Below, in pieces: positions 1 through 7,585 of a stretch of DNA of 32,000 nt. The notes under the pieces are model-generated. The model saw nothing but the letters and a program-made list of their open reading frames with translations. It had not been told where the DNA came from and ran no database searches. The position numbers were made by a program, and so were the translations under genes. Positions within the stretch are counted from its first letter, which is position 1. Every line of letters starts with the position of its first letter. Source of the stretch: Candidatus Thorarchaeota archaeon (lineage in GTDB: Archaea; Asgardarchaeota; Thorarchaeia; Thorarchaeales; Thorarchaeaceae); assembly GCA_008080745.1 (NCBI GenBank), contig SHMX01000003.1, positions 450,001 through 482,000 of the forward strand. The letters are read 5' to 3'.

Positions 1-1
1 C

Positions 2-937
2 TTTGAAAATGGAACCTCTAAAGCATACGATAGTATAGCGGATACCCCGGATTGGGTCACTCAAGCCTATGCTGAAGAATGGCTAGAACGGCAAGTAACA
101 CGGTGGGGTGGCTATCGGAGAGCGGATAGTTTTGATCTGTTTGCAGGAGGATTCCTGTGGGTTGTACCACCTTCAAATGATCGATTGGAGATGACTGAAG
201 ATACACGATATATTGTAAATCCAGATACATCTCGTGTTGAGGCATTTATCGCAGTACATCCAATTACCAATTCAAGATCATTGGCAGGTGTGTTTCGTGC
301 AACAAAAGACACAGTCTATTACCACGATCTTAGTGCCTTCAGTTATGTTAGTGGAGATGCAGCAACAGCAAATGTAGTTGGACAGCTCCCACCACCAGCA
401 GAAGGTTTCTACTATGGAGCTATGCCACTGCTCTATCCCGTGCAAATAAATTCGACCTTCACCAAATGGACATGGTATAGTCCAATATATTGGGCAAGAG
501 GGTACTACGATGACGATACGGATGACTTCTATATATCAGATATGAGGTTACATGCCTTAGCAATGGTGGATGCTTCAAATGTTGACAAATATGTCATTAG
601 AGAATTGCAGGGGTCGCTAAGTGGAGAAGACCTCGTACGAGCTACAAGAGAAGAGTTCATTGGATTATTTGGAGGCGTCATAGAGGAAGAAACTGACCAA
701 GACTTCACAATTACAGCGAATGTAACCAGTATTATCTCCTATGTTGATGATGGAGATACCCATATTGTATTGGGTACAGATAATGCTACGTATCCCTATA
801 TTGAAGGCACCAAATTATGGATGAATCTTACTGATTGGTACGAACTGTTAAATCTCCAAGTGGGTGATAACTTCACAGCAACGTTGAGGGAGTTTGGTGA
901 TCAATTCAGAATCGTCGCCATAGCTAAGAATTCGTAA
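2..937 (+). CDS. Hypothetical, probably extracellular or membrane-associated protein; 5'-truncated by the window edge
   Basis: The frame of ORF 185..937 stays open back to position 2 (FENGTSKAYDSIADTPDWVTQAYAEEWLERQ...), so the true start lies outside the window. Rich in Tyr/Trp/Asp, with several NxS/T sequons. Confidence 0.75.
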   Translation, partial: FENGTSKAYDSIADTPDWVTQAYAEEWLERQVTRWGGYRRADSFDLFAGGFLWVVPPSNDRLEMTEDTRYIVNPDTSRVEAFIAVHPITNSRSLAGVFRATKDTVYYHDLSAFSYVSGDAATANVVGQLPPPAEGFYYGAMPLLYPVQINSTFTKWTWYSPIYWARGYYDDDTDDFYISDMRLHALAMVDASNVDKYVIRELQGSLSGEDLVRATREEFIGLFGGVIEEETDQDFTITANVTSIISYVDDGDTHIVLGTDNATYPYIEGTKLWMNLTDWYELLNLQVGDNFTATLREFGDQFRIVAIAKNS

Positions 938-973
938 GCAGCAAAGGAGGGGGGCTTTCCCTCCCTCTCGCTT
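938..973 (-). terminator. GC-rich hairpin between convergent genes (putative terminator)
   Basis: GGAGGG/CCCTCC stem (946-951/959-964), extended by G-U pairs on the minus strand; T-rich tract follows on the plus strand. Lies between stops at 937 and 983. Confidence 0.55.
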
Positions 974-982
974 CTTTTATTT

Positions 983-1537
983 CTAGGATTTTCCTAAGAC
1001 TCGCTCTTTCATAGATTGATATTTTTTCTTGATGACAGACCACACACTACGATTCTTTGATTCGTTCGCTAAAGATGCCATGGGACACTTATCACCAAGA
1101 GGACATTGATCTTCGAATCCATCATGATCATGCAGAGCAGATGGTAGTGCAGTAGTGAGTAGATCGTTTTTGAATTCATTCATGATATCTGATGAAATAT
1201 GAGACCAATCGCGTTCCCGATATTTTTCCTGCATAAGAACAGACTGGACTTCCTCAAAGACTTTCTCTGCTAGAGTAGAATCATCCTCAGACAGGCCTAT
1301 AACAATGGAATGACCTTGGGGAGTAGTTTTTGAGAATCGCATCTCAGTATCGCCCATTCGTACGGACTCCAGCCGGAGACCCTCTGATAGAGTTGGGGGT
1401 ATGGTTTCAATGGCTGAAAGAAATCCTGATAACAATTCGGGATTTTTGAAAGCGGCTTTGCAAAAGTGGCCATAACATTTACTATAGATTGGTAGGCCTG
1501 ATTCAGTGTAGACCATTAGATATTCAAGACGAGTCAT
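983..1537 (-). CDS. Stand-alone longin/roadblock-like domain protein with Cys/His motifs
   Basis: N-terminal LMVYTESGLPIYSK and LLSGFLSAI pattern typical of Asgard longin-like domains. Also CYGHFC, HDHD...CPLGDKC and a basic C-terminal helix. Confidence 0.6.
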   Translation of the reverse strand: MTRLEYLMVYTESGLPIYSKCYGHFCKAAFKNPELLSGFLSAIETIPPTLSEGLRLESVRMGDTEMRFSKTTPQGHSIVIGLSEDDSTLAEKVFEEVQSVLMQEKYRERDWSHISSDIMNEFKNDLLTTALPSALHDHDGFEDQCPLGDKCPMASLANESKNRSVWSVIKKKYQSMKERVLGKS

Positions 1538-1602
1538 AATATCTCCTCAGATATGCAATATTAGAAAGTAGCTAACTATAAAGAAATAGTTTTTGTAAGA
1601 GA

Positions 1603-1616
1603 GGGGGAGGACCCCC
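1603..1616 (-). terminator. Short GC hairpin downstream of the acyl-CoA dehydrogenase
   Basis: GGGGG-agga-CCCCC, 8 nt after the stop at 1625-1627, followed by a pyrimidine tract on the minus strand. Confidence 0.4.
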
Positions 1617-1624
1617 AAATCTTA

Positions 1625-2794
1625 CTATTTTGGATAAAATTGCTTGAATACTTCGCGTTGAATAAGAAACCTCAGAATCTCTGCAGTTCCACCACCGATA
1701 GTCATTAATCGTGCATCTCTGAGAAAACGTTCTACTGGATATTCAGTAGTGTAACCAGATCCACCAAGTATCTGAAGTGCATCGTTTGTGATTTCAATTG
1801 CAGCTTCAGTAGTATAGAGTTTTGCAATAGATGCTTCACGAGTAATAGGTTCACCCCTATCGTACTTGCGAGCAGCCGCAAGAGTCAAAGCTCTACCAGC
1901 TTCAAGTTTCATTGACATATTTGCAATCTTGAAGCTTACTCCTTCAAACATTCTAATAGGTCTTCCAAACTGTTCACGCTCATTAGCATGTTTTACAGAT
2001 ACTTCGTATGGAGTGCGTCCATATCCAATAGCCTCACCAGCTATTGCTGTACGTTCACTATCCAATTCATCCATCAAAATTTTGAATCCATCTCCGGTTT
2101 CCCCTAGGAGTTTATCAGGACCAACTCGAACATCCTCCATCTTTAGCCAAGAAACACGAGCAGATTTCATCCCTAGTAGGTCATGGTCCTTGACAATACT
2201 GAAACCATCTGCTTCCGTATCTACAATAAAAGCAGACATCCCCTTCTTGGAATTGACAGAGGGGTCTGTGATTGCAAAACAAACCATATAGTCAGCTTGG
2301 CTTCCGTTAGTGATGAATCGTTTCTCTCCATTTATAACCCATTCATCTCCGTCCTTAACAGCCTGAGTCTTCATCCCAGCTGTATCAGAGCCAACATCAG
2401 GTTCGGTGATGCCTATACAACCGATTTTCTCTCCCTCCACAATCGGTTTTAGATATTTGATTTTTTGTTCTTCAGTACCAAACTTGCTTACTGGCATACC
2501 ATAGAGGGTAGTAGATGCCATTCTGGCCATGTCGAGACCACCATTTACTGCACTAATCTCCTCAGCCACGATTATCTCATAAGAGAGTCCCTTATGGGAG
2601 CCACCAACTGATTCTTCATGCAGTACACCCATGTATCCTGCAGACCCAATCTTTCTCAAGATATCCTTTGGATATGGGCCATGGTCAATTTCATCTGCAA
2701 TGGGGCCAATTTCACGTTCGCAGAATTCACGTACTTCTTCACGAAACTTGATTTCATCATCAGTCCAGAGAGCCGTATTTAGATAGTCTGTCAT
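1625..2794 (-). CDS. Acyl-CoA dehydrogenase (FAD-dependent)
   Basis: 389 aa with ITEPDVGSD, INGEKRFITNG, REQFGRPI and FLRDARLMTIGGGTAEI (catalytic Glu region) motifs. Confidence 0.95.
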   Translation of the reverse strand: MTDYLNTALWTDDEIKFREEVREFCEREIGPIADEIDHGPYPKDILRKIGSAGYMGVLHEESVGGSHKGLSYEIIVAEEISAVNGGLDMARMASTTLYGMPVSKFGTEEQKIKYLKPIVEGEKIGCIGITEPDVGSDTAGMKTQAVKDGDEWVINGEKRFITNGSQADYMVCFAITDPSVNSKKGMSAFIVDTEADGFSIVKDHDLLGMKSARVSWLKMEDVRVGPDKLLGETGDGFKILMDELDSERTAIAGEAIGYGRTPYEVSVKHANEREQFGRPIRMFEGVSFKIANMSMKLEAGRALTLAAARKYDRGEPITREASIAKLYTTEAAIEITNDALQILGGSGYTTEYPVERFLRDARLMTIGGGTAEILRFLIQREVFKQFYPK

Positions 2795-2853
2795 GCTGAT
2801 AACCAGTCTTCTCCACGGAATAAGACCCTTAAATTAGTAGCTGAGGATGATAA

Positions 2854-3198
2854 TTAGGTTTCTTTCATATCTTCCCGCATAGCTTCAAAAGCCAATTTTT
2901 TCGCTGCCTCTCGTTTTAATACTATCTCTTCAGCCTGAATACGAATCTCCTCGAACAACTGACGGCGTCCAGAGATCGATTTCTCGACAAAAGCTGCAAC
3001 CGCTTCTGAGCGACTCCGGAAGATTTCAAGTTCTACCAGAGCATCTAGAATCTCTACTATATCAGAACTCATACGGGTCATTACGGAAATCTCTCGTTTC
3101 TTGAGTCCAAATCCTTCTGATGAAAAGCGTGATCGTAGTTCCTCCATCCAGGTGATCCCCGAACTCTCTGATTCTGTAACTGATTCTTCCTCGGACAA
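2854..3198 (-). CDS. Ribbon-helix-helix (CopG/Arc/MetJ-like) DNA-binding protein with C-terminal coiled coil
   Basis: ISVMTRMSSDIVEILDALVELEIFRSRSEAVAAFVE fits the RHH pattern; TTG start. Confidence 0.75.
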   Translation of the reverse strand: MSEEESVTESESSGITWMEELRSRFSSEGFGLKKREISVMTRMSSDIVEILDALVELEIFRSRSEAVAAFVEKSISGRRQLFEEIRIQAEEIVLKREAAKKLAFEAMREDMKET

Positions 3199-3335
3199 TG
3201 AAACTCAGCTCATTTTTTCTATTGTAAGAACGCATCTAAGGTTTATGTATGCCACCAAAGAGTTAATATTTGTATTATGTAATAGTATTACATGATACTG
3301 GAGATTAACTTCGGTCCCTAGTTGAATTGTGCAAA

Positions 3336-3365
3336 GGAAGTGTCCATCAAAATATGGACACCTCC
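3336..3365 (-). terminator. Inverted repeat (terminator, or operator of the downstream RHH gene)
   Basis: Perfect GTGTCCAT-6nt-ATGGACAC (3340-3361), extending to 12 bp with one G-U pair on the minus strand, then TTT. About 10 nt after the DUF35 stop. Confidence 0.55.
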
Positions 3366-3374
3366 ACTATATTC

Positions 3375-3695
3375 TCATTTTTCAGTGAAGTGAAACAGAC
3401 CATCACTACCCTTCTGGATTATCACAGAACAGCCAACCTCAAGAGAGGATATTGCATCCTTATCCCCATGACATAGGATTGTCGCACCACTAGAGGTTTC
3501 AATTAGAGCTAAAATGAGGGGTGGTTCAAAGCCTTCAGGAGGCATTTGGGAGATTGTATAGCTAAGGATTGTTCCTTCAGATCCCAAAGGAATCTCTTCT
3601 ATAATATCAATGGCTGGGCCACAATAAGGACAGAAACTCCTTGCAGGATAAATTGTTCTATTACATTCAGAGCATCGTGAGGCTATTTCTGTCAT
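3375..3695 (-). CDS. DUF35-family Zn-ribbon/OB-fold protein (thiolase partner)
   Basis: RCSECNRTIYPARSFCPYCG (2x CxxC) then OB-fold GTILSYT...PPEGF. Start moved to the Met at 3695 (MTEIASRC), which has a purine-rich upstream segment. Confidence 0.9.
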   Translation of the reverse strand: MTEIASRCSECNRTIYPARSFCPYCGPAIDIIEEIPLGSEGTILSYTISQMPPEGFEPPLILALIETSSGATILCHGDKDAISSLEVGCSVIIQKGSDGLFHFTEK

Positions 3696-3760
3696 ATAAT
3701 CCCCATTCTCAATGAAAACGCAACTACTGAAAAGCATTACGAGTAAGTGAAATATTAGAA

Positions 3761-4111
3761 TCAAGCAGAAGGTCTAGTCTTCAAGGTGCGAATAACAGAT
3801 TTGAGATGTTTCTTGATGAATTTTCGAAATTTAGGATCTTCAGATAGATAGATCATGGTGGAATCTTGCATTCCATCAATGTTACCATCGACTTCAACTG
3901 CATCACCCAGTTCGATTAAATCCCGTTTGAATATACCTTCAATTGCATGAGGAGAGAATCCTTCCTTTTTAAAGACTGGAAAGATTTGTCCTTTAGTTCC
4001 AGCGCCTTTTAGTTTTAGAAGAGAAAGAATTAGAAGCCAATGATGCCATGCAAGAGTATAGTTTTCTAAAAATCTCATGACTTCGGAGAGTGAGCGTGTC
4101 ACGGTTTTCAC
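3761..4111 (-). CDS. Hypothetical basic protein, possibly winged-helix fold
   Basis: 116 aa; GTG start with GAGTGAG upstream, 1 nt after the previous stop. Three helices then a beta wing (AVEVDG...TMIYLS). Confidence 0.6.
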   Translation of the reverse strand: MKTVTRSLSEVMRFLENYTLAWHHWLLILSLLKLKGAGTKGQIFPVFKKEGFSPHAIEGIFKRDLIELGDAVEVDGNIDGMQDSTMIYLSEDPKFRKFIKKHLKSVIRTLKTRPSA

Positions 4112-4112
4112 C

Positions 4113-5510
4113 TCACTCTTCAGCAGAAGAATCAGATTCTTCTCCTACTTCGTCTGTTTTGGATTCACCATCCGAATCATCAGGTGTTTCTTGTATAGCA
4201 TCCTTGATACTCTTTGGACGAATCTTATCATCCTTAATTTCAACAAGACCTATGTCAACAAATTTCTGAAGATTTCGTTTCAATAATACAGTTGGTACTC
4301 CCAGAGCTTGAGAGATATGTTGTAGAGGCAGCCAAGAATATTCTTTATCAGCAATAAGGAAGTATGCTTTGAATGCAGGTTCGTCTTCAGCTACTTGATA
4401 GAGCATATCCCAACGCGCTTTTAGTTCCTCAATCTGCTTATTTAGAGCAACTAATTCTGCCTCATGGGTATCATTAAGGCCCCGCTTGGAAGAGAGTTCA
4501 TCACTCATGGAAATAATTTTCCACTCAAGCTCTCCAACTTTTTCATTAAGACCTGCAATTTGTTGTTGATAAGTTTGAATAGTTTCATCTTTCTGTTCGA
4601 TTCGTTCTTCCAATTCAGAGATGGTACCAGTTAAACTAGCTACTTCCTTCATTTTCTCTTCATAGTCACTTGTTATATCTTTGGCATCTTCAAGAGAAGC
4701 GATTAACTCTTTTTGCTGTTTCAATTCAGATTCAGCTTCTCGAAGAGAACCCTTAAGGACAGAGATTTCATGTCCACGACCCTCCATTTGACCAGAGAGT
4801 TCAGAATAAAGATCTCTGAGTCGGTCCATATCACTTTCCATTTCGTCAATGATCTCTTCTTTCATTCGTAAGCGCTCTTCCATCTCCTTGGATTTTGCTC
4901 GCCATCTCCTTGCAGAAGACCTTTCTTGTTCCAGTTGTACGTCAAGCTCATTGACTCGGGCATATAATTGAATAATTTTACCTTGAAGAGAACTTGTGGA
5001 TCTGCCCACATTACGGATTGCTCCGCGGGATGCCTTTTCTAAGATATCTTTTGCAGATTCCTGTCCTTCTTGAATAGTATCGTAAATTGGTCCAAGCAAT
5101 TTTCCTGGATCTAAACCGGTTTCTAGTTCATCTTGTACTGTCTTAATTGCCTTTGTTGCAAAAACTCCCAATCCCATTGATTGGAATTTTTTCTTTAGAG
5201 ATTGCATCATAGTGCTTACTTGTTCCTGAACAAAGGGATCTGTGGCTTTGACCGTGTCCTCGATCGAGGCAAGAATATCAACGATTCTAAATTCGATTCG
5301 TTGGAAAGTTTCATCAATGATTGATGCTTCTTGCTCTTGAGTTACGGAATCATCGGGCTCCTTCTCATCGGTTTCTTCGGGTATAGGAAACGGAATGGTT
5401 TCTGTGGAACCCCCGATACTCCTTTTCATGGCTGCTTCCATGAGTCGTTTTGTTTCAGCTTCCAAATCTGGAATATCTGTTAGCTCAGAATCTCCGTTTT
5501 CTTCAGGCAA
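4113..5510 (-). CDS. Long coiled-coil protein with C-terminal winged-helix domain
   Basis: TTG start with GAGGTG RBS. About 200 aa of continuous heptad-like E/K/Q/L sequence, then LPLQHISQALGVPTVLLKRNLQKFVDIGLVEIKDDKI (wHTH). Acidic termini; no Walker A motif. Confidence 0.75.
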   Translation of the reverse strand: MPEENGDSELTDIPDLEAETKRLMEAAMKRSIGGSTETIPFPIPEETDEKEPDDSVTQEQEASIIDETFQRIEFRIVDILASIEDTVKATDPFVQEQVSTMMQSLKKKFQSMGLGVFATKAIKTVQDELETGLDPGKLLGPIYDTIQEGQESAKDILEKASRGAIRNVGRSTSSLQGKIIQLYARVNELDVQLEQERSSARRWRAKSKEMEERLRMKEEIIDEMESDMDRLRDLYSELSGQMEGRGHEISVLKGSLREAESELKQQKELIASLEDAKDITSDYEEKMKEVASLTGTISELEERIEQKDETIQTYQQQIAGLNEKVGELEWKIISMSDELSSKRGLNDTHEAELVALNKQIEELKARWDMLYQVAEDEPAFKAYFLIADKEYSWLPLQHISQALGVPTVLLKRNLQKFVDIGLVEIKDDKIRPKSIKDAIQETPDDSDGESKTDEVGEESDSSAEE

Positions 5511-5521
5511 CTATTAGCACC

Positions 5522-5890
5522 TCAAACTGCGACTCCAGGATGACCTAGTGCTATAAGCTGGGAAGAAGTTTCACGAATACCATCAGTGATTTTCGCAGCT
5601 TCTTGAATTCTATTCATGAGCTCTTTTCTGAATTGAATTGCTGTCAGTTCGCCACTATCGAGTCGTCGAGTGAGTTCACTCCGCTCTCTCTGAAGTTCTT
5701 CACGTCTGGCAACCAAACGCTGATATTCAGCAATTAGCTGGGTTATCTTCTCCTTTGATTCAGGAGTCTGTTCAACTTCTGACTTTTTGGGAGTGCGTTC
5801 TGGAGCTTCGACTCTCATTATTTCGCGACCTCGTACAACGGTCTTCTTTTCTTTCTTTTCTTTACGTCTCCATCTGTCGAATAATCCCAT
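5522..5890 (-). CDS. Small coiled-coil protein with basic amphipathic N-terminus and SHOCT/steadiness-box-like motif
   Basis: Start placed at MGLFDRWRRKEKKEKK (ATG 5890, GAGGTG upstream); RRLDSGELTAIQFRKEL motif. Confidence 0.65.
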   Translation of the reverse strand: MGLFDRWRRKEKKEKKTVVRGREIMRVEAPERTPKKSEVEQTPESKEKITQLIAEYQRLVARREELQRERSELTRRLDSGELTAIQFRKELMNRIQEAAKITDGIRETSSQLIALGHPGVAV

Positions 5891-5904
5891 TTGGATTTCC
5901 ACCT

Positions 5905-6465
5905 CTATTTCATAAATTCTTCTACTTCTTTAAGTCGTGATTCCAATTTCTCTCGCATCTGACTCGCGACCTCTGCTTTTTCATAGTACTCATCAGCACT
6001 AGCAGGATCGGTCATGGCCATCTCTTCAAATTCGGATTCCTTCTCAAAGAGTCTTGCTATCTTTAGCTTCAATTCATCAGTAACCCGCTCTAGTTCCTCA
6101 CGAGATTGGGTTTCTGAGGTATCTTCTTCGGTCGTGGATTCATCCTCAATTGAGTCAGTAATAACAACACTCGACTTACCTAGCTCGGATTCCTCCATGC
6201 CCATAATGTGAACCTTGATTCCCTGATTCAATCGTTTTTCAAGGGTTTCAAGTCTGCTCATAATGCCATCCATTGTATCATGCAATTTCTTGATGGCTAC
6301 TGTCTGACGATTTATCGTCTTGAATATCTCATCTGCAAATTTTTCGAATTCTAATCCGTATGTGAAACTATCGAGGGATTTTTTGATGCGGTCAATTTCA
6401 TCTATTAGTCGTACTCGTTCCTCTTCGCTAATGATACTCTTGGTTATATCACTCATATCTACCAT
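5905..6465 (-). CDS. Acidic coiled-coil protein
   Basis: 186 aa; two helical coiled-coil segments separated by an acidic linker. ATG directly follows the TAA of the GTPase gene. Confidence 0.65.
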   Translation of the reverse strand: MVDMSDITKSIISEEERVRLIDEIDRIKKSLDSFTYGLEFEKFADEIFKTINRQTVAIKKLHDTMDGIMSRLETLEKRLNQGIKVHIMGMEESELGKSSVVITDSIEDESTTEEDTSETQSREELERVTDELKLKIARLFEKESEFEEMAMTDPASADEYYEKAEVASQMREKLESRLKEVEEFMK

Positions 6466-7347
6466 TTAGTCCACCTCGATATCTCCCACTATATGAAAAT
6501 CAATCTCTTCAAAAGCCAGCATCCTAAGAAGTTCTAGCCATCTGTCACGAAAATCACGTTTATTTGCCTGCATACCGTATGCAGGGACTCCAAGCCGTTT
6601 GGAAACCTCCTCAGGAGATAGTGCTCCTTTCAGGTCCTGCTTATTCGCGACAGCAATTATTCTTGCATAAGGAAGCTCCGCTCTTAAGACCGGATACGCT
6701 ACACGTTTGGTCCATGATATATTATCCTTCGTGGAGTCACTTACAATGACGACCATGCTCCCTGAACGAATAATCTTCCCCCATTCCTGTACAAAACGAT
6801 CCTGACCACCGAGATCAAACATGCTGAAAACATATGGATCAAAATTTCCGCGTAATAATGCTTTATCACCGAAAAAGGTTGGTACATAATCCTGTGGTGG
6901 TCCTTGTGAGGGAAGAGTAGCTAGTTCTAGTAAAGTTGTTTTGCCTGTACCACCATGACCTGCCAGACAGACTTTCACAGGAATTCGTCCTACTATCTTA
7001 CGAAAGTGAGAACCAAAGGATGAGAAATCAGTTGATTTCCAAGCCCCACTCTCCAGCAAATCTTGATAGTCCTCCATGAATTTTGAAACTAGGCCCATAA
7101 GTGCCTCATGGACCTTTCTAATGGAGGCTTGTCGGTCCATTGTAACTATAAATTGGGTGTCGTGACTATTCATGTACATGTATCTATAACGTTCAATCTC
7201 CAGATTGTCTATTTTCCATTCTTGGAGCTTTTTCGCAGAGGAAGACACTAACATCATAACTGCGTTTGAATCTAAATCGATGTTTGGGATGATTATATCT
7301 TCAAATAGTGTTTCGCCATCTCGGAATATGTGGATTTCACGAATCAT
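6466..7347 (-). CDS. Longin-domain/small GTPase fusion (Arf-like Ras-superfamily)
   Basis: G1 GHGGTGKTT, G2 YVPT, G3 DLGGQ, G4 NKQD, G5 region MQAN. The N-terminal ~120 aa (MIREIHIFRDGETLFE...LVSKFMEDY) has a longin-like pattern. Confidence 0.85.
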   Translation of the reverse strand: MIREIHIFRDGETLFEDIIIPNIDLDSNAVMMLVSSSAKKLQEWKIDNLEIERYRYMYMNSHDTQFIVTMDRQASIRKVHEALMGLVSKFMEDYQDLLESGAWKSTDFSSFGSHFRKIVGRIPVKVCLAGHGGTGKTTLLELATLPSQGPPQDYVPTFFGDKALLRGNFDPYVFSMFDLGGQDRFVQEWGKIIRSGSMVVIVSDSTKDNISWTKRVAYPVLRAELPYARIIAVANKQDLKGALSPEEVSKRLGVPAYGMQANKRDFRDRWLELLRMLAFEEIDFHIVGDIEVD

Positions 7348-7458
7348 CTAGTAGTCACTCCGGCACCCGCATTGCATGATGACACACAGCTGCTCATCTA
7401 GGTCCCTAAACAAATCTACTCCAAATAGGAATTTGAGGGTATGTTGTTTATCATTCAT
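7348..7458 (-). CDS. Possible 36-aa ORF in frame with, and abutting, the GTPase gene
   Basis: My translation: MNDKQHTLKFLFGVDLFRDLDEQLCVIMQCGCRSDY*, with TAG immediately followed by the GTPase ATG. Below the ORF-track cutoff. Confidence 0.25.
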   Translation of the reverse strand: MNDKQHTLKFLFGVDLFRDLDEQLCVIMQCGCRSDY

Positions 7459-7534
7459 TATTGGGATTTTGAACATTTTTTGTATCACCGTGCTGAATCG
7501 TAATATTCTAACATTTCTCATTAATCATAATAAA

Positions 7535-7572
7535 GATAGGAGAAAGGGAGGATAAACCCCCTCTCAACTATC
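7535..7572 (-). terminator. Hairpin downstream of the giant surface-protein gene
   Basis: Minus strand GAGAGGGGG-8nt-CCCTTTCTC (9 bp with 2 G-U pairs that form only on this strand), flanked by GATAG/CTATC, then TTTATT. Confidence 0.6.
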
Positions 7573-7585
7573 TCAGTGGTAGGTT

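Noticed and set aside
1866-2452. Plus-strand ORFs 1866..2291 and 2183..2452
   Set aside because: Antisense to the well-supported acyl-CoA dehydrogenase. The same reasoning covers the other short track ORFs inside long genes (e.g. 6014..6211, 12648..12872, 17417..17908, 29561..29872).
4113-5510. SMC/Rad50 assignment
   Set aside because: No Walker A/B or signature motifs and no hinge; only coiled coil plus wH.
5522-5890. ESCRT-III (Snf7/Vps2) assignment based on the MGLF N-terminus
   Set aside because: Too short (122 aa), lacks the long alpha1-alpha2 hairpin and acidic C-terminal half, and no Vps4 is nearby.
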